Positions 27,190-39,628 of a stretch of 64,000 bases of DNA are shown here, piece by piece (position 1 is the stretch's first letter; each line of letters starts with the position of its first letter). The stretch comes from Veleropilina oligotropha. Taxonomy: Eukaryota. The stretch lies in assembly GCA_048128005.1 (NCBI GenBank), contig JBEUKZ010000077.1, positions 186,001 through 250,000 on the forward strand, given 5' to 3'. The notes beneath the pieces were generated by a model. It saw only the letters and a program-made list of their open reading frames with translations. It did no database searches and was not told the origin of the DNA. A program made the translations under genes and the position numbers.

Positions 27190-28613
27190 CCCGATGGCCG
27201 CTAACGACCGATCTTCGATCTCTCGTAACCTAATATCTTCGTACCGAGAAATTCCAGCAGAAAACCCTCTCGAAGATACGAGCGGCCATCCGTCCGGGCG
27301 ACTGGGCAGTGTCTATTGATCTGACCGACGCGTATCTGCATGTCCCGATGCATGTCACGGCTCATCAGTACCTTCGGTTTATACACGGGGAGACGATCTA
27401 CCAATTCAGGTGCCTACCGTTCGGTCTATCGTCTGCCCCTTACGTCTTCACGAGAACAGTACAGGCCCTAGGGGCCTTCCTACACTCTCTAGGGCACAGG
27501 GTACATATGTACCTCGACGACTGGCTGATCCTCGGGGCGTCCCGGGATCTGTGCCTCCGGTCTACGAGCTTTACCCTGTCATCGACGAAGTGCCTGGGAT
27601 TTCAGATCAACGAGACAAAATCCTGCTTCGTGCCCTCGACGACGTTTACGTTCCTCGGAGTCGACTTCGATACGGTCCGGTACACCGCGAAGCCGACCCA
27701 GTAGCGTATGCGGAACCTACGCGCGGTTATCCAAGACACCCTGTCATCGGACGTAACTACAGCGCGACAACTGGCCACTGTCCTAGGGCACATCGAGTCG
27801 GTAGCGACCCTGCTACCGACGGGTCGCATGGACAAACGACCGTTGCAGCAGGCGTTCAGGGATCGCTGGATACAACGGACGGGGCAGTGGACGGATCGCA
27901 TCGATCTACGGCATTGGTTTACCAGCACAACAGCAGTGTGGTTGAACCCTGCTTTGCCGGACCAGTCGGTTCCTATATCCCCGCCAGAGCCGAACGCTTA
28001 CCTGTTCACAGACGCTTCGAACGACGGCTGGGGTGGTCACCTCGACAGTTACGAGACATCAGGCCTATGGCCGACGGACCTTCAGGGACGACATATCAAC
28101 TTCCTAGAGTTAGAAGCCGTTTACCTGTCAGTACGGTCCCTCTCGTCACATCTCCGCACCAAGCATATAATGCTCGCCACGGACAACACGACTGTCGTCG
28201 CTTACATCCAGCACCAGGGCGGCACTCGCTCGCGTCCCCTTTGCGACCGAGCAATAGACCTCCACCGCCTAGTGATGTCCCTCAACTCGACGATTCGAGC
28301 CCGACACATCCCGGGAAAGCTGAATGTCAGAGCGGATTCGCTCTCTCGGAAATCACAGATAATACACACAGAGTGGACGCTACACAGCCGAGTAGCTCGG
28401 GATGTTTGCCCCCGGTGGTCGCAACCCCAAGTCGATCTGTTTGCAACAGAATTCATTTACCGACTACCTCTGTATGTCTCCCCGTACCCAGACCCGGCCG
28501 CCTTAGCGGTCGCCGCACTGTCAATGACATGGGAGAATCTGTCCGCGTATGCCTTCCCCCCGTCGTGCATTCTAACACTGGTATTTCAGAAGGCATCGAC
28601 CGAACGTTGCTGA
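27190..28613 (+). pseudogene. DIRS pol: RT, RNase H and Dam-like methyltransferase (stops and frameshifts)
   Basis: SIDLTDAYLHVP, LPFGLSSAPYVF, YLDDWL; FTDAS..GWGG, HINFLELEAV, TDNTT, HIPGKLNVRADSLSR; VDLFA...AYAFPP; in-frame TAG at 27702. Confidence 0.92.
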
Positions 28614-28732
28614 TAACGCTAATCGCGCCCCTATATCGCACGCAACCTTGGTTTCCGACCCTCCTCGATCTGATCGTCGACCGACCGTTATCGCTCCGCA
28701 GAGACCGGGCCGGTTAATGCAGACGCGCAGCC

Positions 28733-29640
28733 GTGTATTTCAACATCGCCGAACGACTTACGTTTACACGCCTGGCGGTTATCGAACGATCCCTTGCTAA
28801 GAAAAGTATTTCTCGCACAACAGCCCTACGCATCCCGATCGAGAAGGCTTCCACGACTAAAGTTTATGACTACCGATGGGTTAAGTACGTGGATTGGTGT
28901 CACAGTCGGCAGGTCAATATACTCCGCCCCCTGTGAACAAGTTTATTGAGTTTTTATCGTCGCTCTTTGAACGCGGTATGTCAGTGTCCGCCGTCAAAGC
29001 TATCGGGCAACGGTCGCGAGTGCCGTGCCCGTGGTAGCCTACCTAGCGACCGAACTATGTGGATTTCTGCGATCCCTCGAACTCAAATTTCGACCCGTAC
29101 GCTTCGGCCAGCCTGAAACATCGCTCTCATTTCTTAACGCTCTCTTCTACCCGACTAGCCTATGGGCCCGTCCTCTATGAGGAACTTAACGCACAAAACA
29201 GGTTTTTCTGATCGCCTTAGCGTCGGGCAGGTGTTGTTCCGTATTTCATAGTCTAGGCAGAGCTACGAGACGTTCGTTTCCAGTCGACGGGTCGGTGATG
29301 CGGCGTCATATCTTGGGTTACCTCGCCAAGAATCAACGGCCGATCGACGACGCAACTGATATCGTTATCCCCTAGCGCTGGTCAGAGACCCGATGTGGAC
29401 CGATGAATCTGTAATATGCGTGCCTACGTTACTACCTCGACAGGATCCGTGCTGCGTGGCAGAGAAAACTACGTATATTTTATTCGTATTTACCTTCTTG
29501 TATCCGCGACATTTCATGGACGACTGTTCGCGGAGGTTTTCACAGGTAGTGAGAGACTTCTCTCGCTGTGAAAAGTAGGCCGCCCGCACTTTTGTATCGT
29601 TCCGCGCACACGAGGTCCGTGTTTTCGCAGATTCACTTCT
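28733..29640 (+). pseudogene. DIRS tyrosine recombinase, degenerate
   Basis: STTKVYDYRWVKYVDWC; FLIALASGR; FRAHEVR; frameshifted. Confidence 0.75.
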
Positions 29641-32074
29641 CAGCGTTGCCTCTCGAAAATGTCTTTATTAAGCCTTTTCTGGGGATTGTTCCATGCGGCT
29701 GATGGCTTGTGCAGTCTACCTTGTAACTGCTCAACGATGTATTGTTAGACCGAGGTCGTCTAATCAGTGAGTATTATTTTGTTGATTGATCAATTTACAT
29801 AATTCATGCTGACGCTTTGTTTTTTGTTGGCCTCGTTGTTCTATGAAATAGACACATTATGAGGCGATTCAATGTCTGTTCATTTCTTAAAAACATTTTA
29901 AGATCTTGATACTTTCATGTCATACCTGAGTATATTGACAATGCCAGATTTCATTGAATTTAATAAACAAAAATATTGCGACAAACTTATAAGATTTGAG
30001 GTTCAATATTATTGATGTTCTATGCTGTATAGACCATACGATGTTCAAGACATTGAAAAAATTTAATATTTGCTTCCTTTAAATTTATTTTAAGTAACAT
30101 GTCGTACATATTTGCTCCTTAAAATTTTATTTTAAGTGACATGTCGTACATGTTAGCATTTCGCAAGTTGGTCATGCGAATCAATTATTAATATCGATTA
30201 TTTATTATAATCTATTAATTCTTTGCTTTTGATTTCACGCTTTCACAACCTATTAGGTTCCGTGTGCTTACAAATCCGACTGCATCCTCTGGCTACCGGC
30301 CTTTGGCCAGGAGTACCATTTGGCTGCCACTGGCCCATGACACGTAAGACCTACAGGAATTCATCCTTCCGGCCGTGCCTGGGGCTGATTGCACTTCCGT
30401 TCACCTCGTCCGACTAACACCACGGCGTATTCTCCCGGTAACACTGGTCGAAATTCTCGCTTGGTAAGAGTTGAATATAATTCTCAGTAAATTCCACTCT
30501 GGGCGGACACAATCGACGCTTCGAGCTGATTGACATGGTGAAAAGTAAGTCATTATCTTGTTTGGGTTTGCTGTAAGGAACTTCTTACCCACCTATCCAA
30601 GGTTATTCTGGCAAGAGTAAGGACGTAAGTAAGTTTGTAACTACATATGAGGTTTTAATTTAAACCTAATATTAGTTAAAACATACTTACGTCCTTACCA
30701 CGATTACCCACCCTGCTTCGCATTCCTCCCCTCTACTAAGTTCCTTTGGGGTTCTGAACTTTGAATTGAGGTCTTGTGACTTCGATGCTTCGGAAGTCTC
30801 GCGAGACTTGGCGAGATCTCGCTGGGGGAACTTAGGAGAGCGGGAGCAGGGGAGGTGATCGTGGTACGTTTTGACTTATAAAGAGTGCATAATGTGACTT
30901 ATTCACTGTTTCCGGTTAGCGATAATATTACTATTATGGCAAGAGTAAGGACGTAAGTATGTTTTAACTAATATTAGGTTTAAATTAAAACCTCATTTAT
31001 AAATAATGTTCTGAAAGTCATTTGTATCAGATAATACATATTATTTTAGTATGCTTGGCCAACTTTAGGGGGGGCGCGCGCCGGGTGCGCCCCCCCCTGG
31101 ATCCGCGCCTGATAACATATACGAAATGAAAGAGTAGCCATGTGTTGACGAAGGTTGATATAAATATTGCCATTTCGGGATAGCGGGACGGTACAGCTGT
31201 TTATCTGCCGAGGCATGCATTTTGGTGCATTACTTCCCTTTATTATTTATATGTAAGATGGCTGCCGGCCGCTCTTCGAGCGGCGAGTGTTACGAGTCCC
31301 TGTGGTTCAGGGTTAGGGTTAGTTTCAGTTCAGGGTTAGGGTTGGGGTTAGTTTCAGTTCAGGGACCTTTTCAGTTCGTAACACCTAACGAACTGAGATC
31401 ACCCAACCACCTCCGCGCATGCGGACAAGTGTACGCCTCAGTCAGAGGACCGATAGAGTTCGCGACACCGGTTCGGGGCACTTGCAGTTTAAGGGTCCCC
31501 AGTACAGGGTTAGCTAACCCTGCTTACTAATACACTGACCCTAATGCCCATAGAATATACTCCTAAACCCTAATGCCCATAGAATATACTCCTAAACCCT
31601 AATGCCCATATTGAAAGGTAATGTCCATAAATCGTGTCCAAATTGGATATTTATCATGGGTATATGAACGAATAGTACCCTGGGGACCCTTAAACTGCAA
31701 ACTACCTCCGGTTCGCCCTACGCTAAAATGCCCCAGGAGGTTTCGCCCCAACTCTAAAATCCGTATTCAACAAGCCAAAATAATACATAAATATAACATA
31801 TGACAATAATATTAAAATGCTTAGTATTTATACACCTGGGCATATTTTTGCAGTTTATGTTTACTCATCGTGTTACTGTATAAATCGTTGTGTTAAAGAT
31901 TGTAAAAAGTACGCTGCTTTTACATTGCCATAAATTTGCAAAAAATGTTTCGTATTTTTACTGATAGATTCTTATATAAATTCATTATGTCTGTTCTGTA
32001 TTATACGTTATTTGAAATACATCGTTATGTTTCAAAATAAAAATCAAACACTTTGACATACAATATAATTTGCT

Positions 32075-35000
32075 GTTGAACCAAGATGGCCGCCATATCG
32101 GTCTGTCGTTTTGGGGTAGTACCATAATTTTCGGTTTCAGACAGTATGTCGTCGTTCAAGTACAGTCGCGACAACTTGCTAGCCATAAGCAAAACAAGTG
32201 TTCATAGTATATTAACTTTCTCGACTCTGTTAATCATCAACAACCTTGGCATTAATCGAAAATTGACACCGCCGTCTCCAAACATGAGTAATTTCGTGGA
32301 AAGGGAGATAATCGGTGATCCGAAAACTCGGAAAAAAACTAAAATACTGCCGTCCTCGTCGACGAAAGCGCATCCTGCTATGCAAAGGGTGTAAGAAAAT
32401 CTACAAAAACCGTAAGTGGTTATTTTGGCATCTTGAACTATGTGGGAAAGTCATAAGGAAACAAAATATTTTGGAATTATGTCCCAATGTTACAGAATTA
32501 CGTCCCTTTCCTCTTGCGCAAATTTGCGAGCCAACTCGAACCCATGATATTTCGTTCCTGTTGTGGAATATCGAAGGAGTTACAAATAGACTGTTACATA
32601 CTAGTCATGACCTGTCCGAGTTTGATGTTTACAGAAACACTTAACACCAGTGAAGCATCAGGTCTGAATAGACTGGGCTAGTCAAAATGCTGTAAAACCA
32701 ACTAAAGGACGACCATCCGGGGGTCTAGCAATAGGCCTGAAGTCTAACAGGGCATGGAATATGAATGTGCTCCACGCGTCCTCATCCATACTGACTCTGT
32801 CAGCATCCTACATGCTCATTATGCTATGTTACTTTCCTCCCAACACCTCCGTGTCGGATATAACCGACTCAATCTACGATAGATTGATTACCGATTCCAC
32901 TCCGGGTATTAACATTTTGTGTTGTGGAGATTTTAACTGTAGACTCGATAAAGGCAAGAGAGGAGCTGAGCTGTCTCAATCGCTCGGTACAGCTGGATTA
33001 GTGTGTATCAGTGACCCCGCATCATTCACATACACATCTCACCAAGGCAGCAGTTGCATTGACCTCGTGTATGTCAGTGAGAACAGTGTACAATTGTTTA
33101 ACTCGAATGTCCGCGCATCGTTGGAGGCTAAACATCAATTTGTGTGTATAAACTATGCGTCTAATACCAGCGAGAACTCTCAGTGTTCAAAACCGATACG
33201 TAAGGTTGACTGTACGATATTATGTGAGAATATTAATTCTGTTCAGATACAAGAACTATGCCAGTCGCCATCACTAGCTAATGTAAACACCGCTTACGAA
33301 CTTGTCTTAAATGCCGTCGAGTTAGCAGCTGTCACCCCACGTGTTCGTTTGGGGCAGATTTGGTTTGACAAAGAATGTTTTATTCTGAAAAAGGATGTAA
33401 GGCGTTCGTACAATGTTCTCAAAAACACAAAAACCGACACCGCACGCATAGATAATGCAAGACTCGTAGCAGAATTTCAAAAACTAAAACGTTTTAAGAA
33501 AGTGGAACATGATAAAAACAATGAGCGAAAAGTTATTGATAAAGCTGAAAGCGATCGTAACCAATTTTGGTCTGCAACTCGTGTTTTCAGGCTAAAATCC
33601 GATGGAATGAACATATCTCTCGACACGTGGCATGAGCACTTTTCTGATCTCTTCCATGTTGACATTGATCCGCAGCTGCCAGATCCTACTTCTGTAACAT
33701 TCAATGAAAAGCTGGACTGTGATATATCAGATCGTGAGTTGCATTTTGCTATCACTCATGGAAAAAACAATAAGGCCGCTGGGCCGGACAGAGTAACATA
33801 CGAGGTATTGAAAAGTTGTGAGAATGTTATAGGCCTACCACTACTTACAATCATGAATTGTGTGTTCACTAATGTCCTATGTCCTCTTAAGTGGATATCT
33901 AGTTTTATTATAACACTGTATAAAGGTAAAGGGCCCAAGTCCTCACCCGATTCATCAAGGGGAATTGCGTTGCAATCATGTATTCTTAAAACATACACCT
34001 TTATATTGGACTGTAGACTTTATAATTGGGCAGAATATTATGATATCTTACCAACAGAACAGCATGGGTTTCGTAAAAACCGTTCCACTGAAACCGCAAT
34101 AGCTGAGCTCATTATTTATGTGCAGAGTGCCCTCTCCGCACCAAAACAACCCCTTTACGTTTCATTCATTGATTTCCGCAAAGCATTTGATTCAATAAAT
34201 CGTACTAAACTTCTTAAGAAACTGTCGAATGCAGGTCTCTCTAACCATTTTGTTCGAGTTTTTTGGTCCTTACTTCGAGAAAATTATGTACAGATTGCTG
34301 CAGGTGACTATCTGAGTGATGCTATAGTTCAAAATAGAGGGTTACCTCAGGGGGAATGATTGTCTCCCCATTTATTTTCTTTATTTATACATGACTTGCC
34401 AGAAACTTTAAAATCAGTGGGTAATATCGAGGTTCTACTCTATGCCGATGATCGTGCCATAGTCGCGAAGACCGTTGGAAAAATGCAGGCTGCATTGGAC
34501 GCTCTTTGTGACTACTGCAGCATCAACGACCTGGAGGTGAACGTTTCCAAATCAAAAGCAATCAAGTTCCGTCAAGGAGGTAGATTTAGCAAAGCAGACC
34601 GTCTGATATACCACAATAATGACCTCTAATTTGTTTCTTCGTTCGTGTACCTCGGGGTGGTTTTCCAAACTATGGGAGGTGTACAAGGGCATATAGATAA
34701 CCTGAAGTCTAACGGTATCGCTTCTTGCGCGCGACTTCATAGATATATGCCACTTAACCAGATGTCACTTGATACCTTAGGAAAACTATTCCATAGCATC
34801 ATATTTCCTTCTTCAGTTTATGGTCCGAGGCCGCTCTCTAGACAACTGACCGGCACATCACTGGAATATCTGACTATTGTGCAGGCCCGGCTTCTCAAGC
34901 ATTGGTTTGGTGTGAGCAAATATTGCTCGAGTTCCAAACTTTTAGCTGCTGTTAATTGGTCTCCAGCATCGGCAATGGGTGTAGATGTGTTTCTTGGTGA

Positions 35001-35372
35001 TGGTAAAACCGAAGACTATCTCCCATCAAATGAACACATAAGCAAGGTCAATGGAGTTAAACGTAGAGCTGTAGGTTTATGGTATTCAATTGGGTTCCAT
35101 AATCGTATATGCAAAACCACAAAATGCTATATTGTCAACGATTCATGTATTTGTAGAATGTGCAATGCTAAAGTGAGTGATCAAAATCATCTATGTGTTT
35201 GCTCTTGGGTAGATGTCAAGCTTATCCAAGGTGATAAACTGGACGTAAACGTCATGTACAATATTATGATGACATTATTGTGTACAAACTGAAAATGATG
35301 TGAACTTTTTGATGTACAAATTAACCTGTACTCGTATTCGTGAACCGAATAAAACTTACTATTCATTCATTC
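32075..35372 (+). mobile_element. Full-length ~3.3-kb RTE/RTEX-like LINE, degenerate
   Basis: 12-bp TSD atataatttgct (32063-74 / 35373-84); aataaa plus (ATTC)n tail; APE LWNIEG, YFPP, GDFNCR, SCIDL; RT QHGFRKNRST, IDFRKAFD, GLPQGE, YADD; C-terminal CxxC..H..C. Confidence 0.93.
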
Positions 35373-36139
35373 ATATAATTTGCTATTTCAAGTTTGACAA
35401 CGCCATGTGAAGTTACTCGGTGCGATATGGTTTTGCTTATGCAAACTAAGGAAGGCCTAGCTATAAATTTAATAGAAATTTGTCACACTTGGGATATAAT
35501 TATTTTATGAAACGTATTTAGCAATGTAATATGTTATCTGTAATAGTTGCCAATGCTGGTTTGGAACTTGGGTGTGTTGGTCTTCATATTTATACCAAGA
35601 AAATATTTCCTGATTACTAATCACCTGATAATCTGGTGGATATATCATCTTTGTAGAAAATTACTGATTACCACCCAACTGACAATTAACACACCTGTCC
35701 TAATCAATTGCAATTAATCTATTTCAATATTTTGAACACCATTCGACTATTATGAATTAATTGTCACTCACTTTTCATGCATATGCCAAAATAATATGCG
35801 ATTTTGTCCATACATAAAGTTTGTTCAATGAAAATATTATTATTTACTTCAAATGAAAATAATTTATTCACAATGAAAATACATAATTTATTTTCAAATG
35901 AAGATATGTATTTATAGTACCGTATATATAAATATTATGATACTAATAAATTAAAATAATAAACTGTGGCGAAACCTCCACGACTTTGGGGCGAACATGC
36001 ATTGGGGCGAAACCTCCAGCTACCTTCCTAATCCTAGGGTATGCACGTCAACCCGGTCTCGTATGTTATAGAAATAAGTGCAAGGCTGGTAGCATCTCCC
36101 CTGAAGCTCTACTGCCCGGCCAGGATCTAGCTGACTTGG

Positions 36140-36625
36140 TTGTTGGTTCTTCTTTTTTCTTCTTTTATTAATCTACTGCCGTCGCCAGGCGTATGATTAT
36201 GCAGATGAAGTGCAGTGTGCATGCGCGAGTGACGAATATTTATAATAAAATAGAGGATAAAAAGTGCCCGTGCTCATTAAAAACAAAGTTATTGAATTAA
36301 TTTACATGGAGCAATGAGCGCCTAGTCGCTGTCTGAAAGATTCCAGTGACGGCGCTGACACGGCGTGTGCGGGTAGAGTATTCCAGGTGGTGATGGTGTC
36401 CACGAAGAACAACTGTCCATAGCAGATTATGCGGTGCCTTGGTTGTGCCAGCATCTGGTTGTGTTGGCGCTGGCAGCGAGCAAGGATGGTATAGTGGGCT
36501 GCAGGAATGTCTACCAGGTTGTTTTGAATACGGTAGAGCATTGTTAGGCGAGAATTAATTCTGCGCTGCTCCAACGTTGACCATGCGAGCTGCTGGAGCA
36601 TGCTTGTTGGGCTGCTTGTACGGCG
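36140..36625 (-). mobile_element. 5'-truncated LINE 3' fragment
   Basis: LAWSTLEQRRINSRLTMLYRIQNNLVDIP...FFVDTITTWNTLP; aataaa plus (AAG)-rich tail. Confidence 0.8.
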
Positions 36626-37883
36626 ATGATCTTGGGTGGCAACATTGGTTTACGACCACTTTTAACAAATTTTCAGCCATGTCATAGTCAGGATGCTGCA
36701 GCCCAACTGTCCACAATGCCCAGGTTAACTTCGGCAGTGCCCAACTTACCACAGCAAGTTGGTGAAGCCCAAGTTAACTTCGGCAGGAAGCTTCGTTTTC
36801 GAATTTTGTTCTACTAGAAAAAAATGCGTCTCTGGCAATCAAATGGATTCCTATTATAGCTGAAATCTTCAAAGCATTTGTTAGTGACAGTTTTGGCATT
36901 CAATAACAACACATCAGTTGAGAAAAGAAATGTTTTACCACATCTAAAAGTCTATATGTATGTTTTGATCAGGACAGAAACTGTATAATAAGTTCATGTA
37001 ATACGTACGTCATATAATTGCATTTACTAAAGACAAAATAATATATGATTCTTTTCATACACAACGCTACATACTATATAGTAGCATCTAATCTAAACTC
37101 GAAATTTGATCTTTCCTTTAAATTTGCTTGATTAGCCAATATATACAACAATTGTCCATTTGTAATCATTGTTCTGTGAAGTTTCTGGATGATTGCATAA
37201 CACGGATCTAAATTGCATGTAAAACTCGCTGTCAACGTGTCAATGCCTGGTGCTCCCTGCTCATAGCCTCCTGTCAGTCCCTAAATTACCGGTATTGTAG
37301 GCCTAAAATTATTTTAACGCTACCGGTATATGGCGCAAGGACTAAACCGACGACATAATAGTCTAGAATAAATAATTCCTAACGAGCGCACAATCTGACA
37401 TCAATTAATTTTATCTTAGGCCCCTCACATTGACAAATTGCTGCATCCACCCCTGGTTGTTTATGTACAAGGGAGCTCTCTGTTATTATATTGATCATCT
37501 GCCATGCCCAGATAGATATTGTATTTTATGAAAGTAGAGAGGTTGAACGTTCTCTCTTAGGACACATTTTGTGGCTGAAAACATCTATAAACTTATTAGC
37601 ACAATTTTTAAAAGACTCTACCAAAGTGGGATTAGGAAATAAAAGTGGGATTAATCATTATGATGAAAATAACTTTTATAGTGACTAATTGATATCCAAA
37701 ACTGTCATCCAAATAAAATGTTGAGCGTGTACATTCCAATGAAAATTTAGTATGTCCAGTTTGTTTATACAAGTTTTGCGGATTAGAATGCATGTCACTG
37801 AACAATGATTTTAACATTACTTTGAAATATTGTTTCTGCATTACTTTGCATATGTTGTATAAATTACGGTTTGTTTGTTGCAG

Positions 37884-39391
37884 GTCTGTTGCTGCTCTAC
37901 AAGAAGCGGGTCAACGTGTTTGCTGCCTCTGAGGCCCGTCCTGGTGACTTGATTCCTAAGCTGCCGACGTATACCACAGAGGATGTGCAGAAGCACAACA
38001 GCATTCCAAATCGAATCTGGGTGACATACAAGAATGGCGTGTATGACATTACGGATTATGCCACTCAGCACCCTGGGGGCAACAAGATCCTTCTGGCGGC
38101 TGGCTCGTCGATAGAACCCTTCTGGGAACTGTATGCATCTCACCAAGTGAGCGAGGTACATGAAATTCTGGAAGGGTTTAGAATTGGTAATTACAAATGC
38201 ACTGTTACAGCCAAACAAAGCGACACGGCTGGGCCATATGCCAAGGATCCGACGAGACACCCTGCCTTGAAACCCAGCTCCGAGAAACCGTTCAATGGAG
38301 AACCTCCACCAAATCTGTTGGTGGACAATTTCATCACTCCCAATGAATTCTTTTTTGTTCGAAATCATCTGCCTGTTCCAACTGTTGACCCAAAGACCTT
38401 TTCACTAGAAGTTTCATCTGTGGGATCTAAAGGAAGAATAAACTTGTCGTTGGCAGACCTCAAATCTAAATTCGACAAAAAAACTATAACTGCAACACTA
38501 CAATGTGCAGGGAATCGAAGAAGTGAGATGTCAGCAATCAAGACAGTGAAGGGTCTGTTCTGGGGGAGGTCTGCAATCAGCAATGCCACGTGGGGCGGCG
38601 TGCGACTGTCAGACGTGCTCAAGACAGCCGGAATCAGCCTGCAAGACACAAACTGCAAGCATATAGTATTCGAGGGAATGGACAAAGGTCCCGAAGGGGC
38701 CCCTTATGGTGCATCGGTGCCAATTGACCTGGCTCTGTTGTTGGAACATGACATCCTGTTAGCCTACGAGATGAACGGCCGAGACATGCCCGCCGATCAT
38801 GGCTACCCGCTACGGGTCATCATCCCGGGGGTGGTGGGGGCACGGCAGGTGAAGTGGCTTAACAAGATCTACCTGAGCGACGAGGAGAGCTCGTGCCACT
38901 GGCAGCAGAATGACTACAAGGGCTTCAGTCCATCGGTGGATTGGCACAACGTGGACTTCACGCAGTCCGTGGCCATCCAGCAGCTCCCGGTCCAGTCCGC
39001 CATCTGTGAGCCGGAGCACGGAGAGATGCTGGAGCCTGACAGCGACGAGGTGACGGTCCGAGGGTACGCGTGGAGCGGAGGCGGCCGGGCCATCGTCCGC
39101 GTGGATGTCTCTGCGGACCACGGCAAGACGTGGCACGTGGCAGAGCTTCAGGTCCCACAGCAGCCGCTGTACCGCACCTGGGCATGGACCCTGTGGGAGA
39201 TCACGATCCCCCTGCCCGCAGACCGCCAGGGGCAGTCCGTCAAGCTCATCTGTAAGGCGGTGGACTCGTCGTATAACGTGCAGCCGGACAATGTGGACGG
39301 AATATGGAACCTAAGGGGAGTCCTGAGCAATGCATGGCACCGAGTGACTGTCAATGCACCGAAGGGGGAGCAGGCACCCAGCAATGCATAG
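37884..39391 (+). CDS. SUOX: Sulfite oxidase, main coding exon (cytochrome b5, Moco and dimerisation domains)
   Basis: Acceptor ttgtttgttgcag|G; b5 domain IWVTYKNGVYDIT..HPGG..FWELYASH; FFVRNH; Mo-ligand LQCAGNRRSEM; AYEMNG..DHGYPLRVIIPGVVGARQVKWL; GYAWSGGGR; IWNLRGVLSNAWHRV. Confidence 0.97.
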
Positions 39392-39628
39392 CTCCAGGTA
39401 ACCACGAACACACCAAAGGGGAGCAACTCCCCAACAACGTGCAGGTGACCATGAACAGGGAACAACTCCTCGCCAATGGGCAGCACAGGGTGAGCAGTAG
39501 CGTGCTGAAGTGGAATCAAGTTTTGGGTGTGGGTTTGTGTTTTACATTGTTTTTGCGATTTGTTTTCAAGAGTTTTAATGATTATTATCCACATGTAATT
39601 TGTATATGCAAGTCTTTGAAGGCTGAAT

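Larger units (their letters stand above)
23630..30996 (+). mobile_element. DIRS1-like tyrosine-recombinase retrotransposon, full-length, coding region degenerate
   Basis: 203-bp ITRs 23647-23849 / 30757-30959; right extension to 30996; ICR 30609-30698 complementary to both ends; RT, RNase H, methyltransferase and YR remnants. Confidence 0.95.
23310..31111. mobile_element. Non-autonomous DNA transposon with 16-bp TIRs and 5-bp TSD (hAT5-like)
   Basis: caggcgcggatccagg / cctggatccgcgcctg; TSD ataac (23305-09 / 31112-16). Confidence 0.92.
22141..31304. mobile_element. Non-autonomous DNA transposon with ~400-bp TIRs and 8-bp TSD (P- or hAT-like)
   Basis: CACAGGGACTC...GAGTCCCTGTG; TSD gttcaggg (22133-40 / 31305-12); right TIR split into 23097-23309 and 31112-31304. 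Confidence 0.92.
21576..31444. mobile_element. Outer IR-bounded element with GGGTTA-type internal repeats (host of the TE nest)
   Basis: ctgactcaggcgtacacttg (~21576) vs caagtgtacgcctcagtcag (~31425-31444); repeat gggttagtttcagttcaggg is continuous across 22112-22140 and 31305-31365. Confidence 0.55.

Noticed and set aside
31305..31365. TTAGGG-like repeats as an interstitial telomere
   Set aside because: Short, interrupted by tttcagttca, and internal to an IR-bounded mobile element
37871..37883. TTG start of the 506-aa SUOX ORF, implying an intronless or horizontally acquired gene
   Set aside because: It lies in the pyrimidine tract/AG acceptor; the b5-Moco architecture is animal-type and a compatible upstream exon exists
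38365..39594. Antisense and alternative-frame ORFs over SUOX
   Set aside because: Shadow ORFs of GC-rich coding sequence with no recognisable motifs
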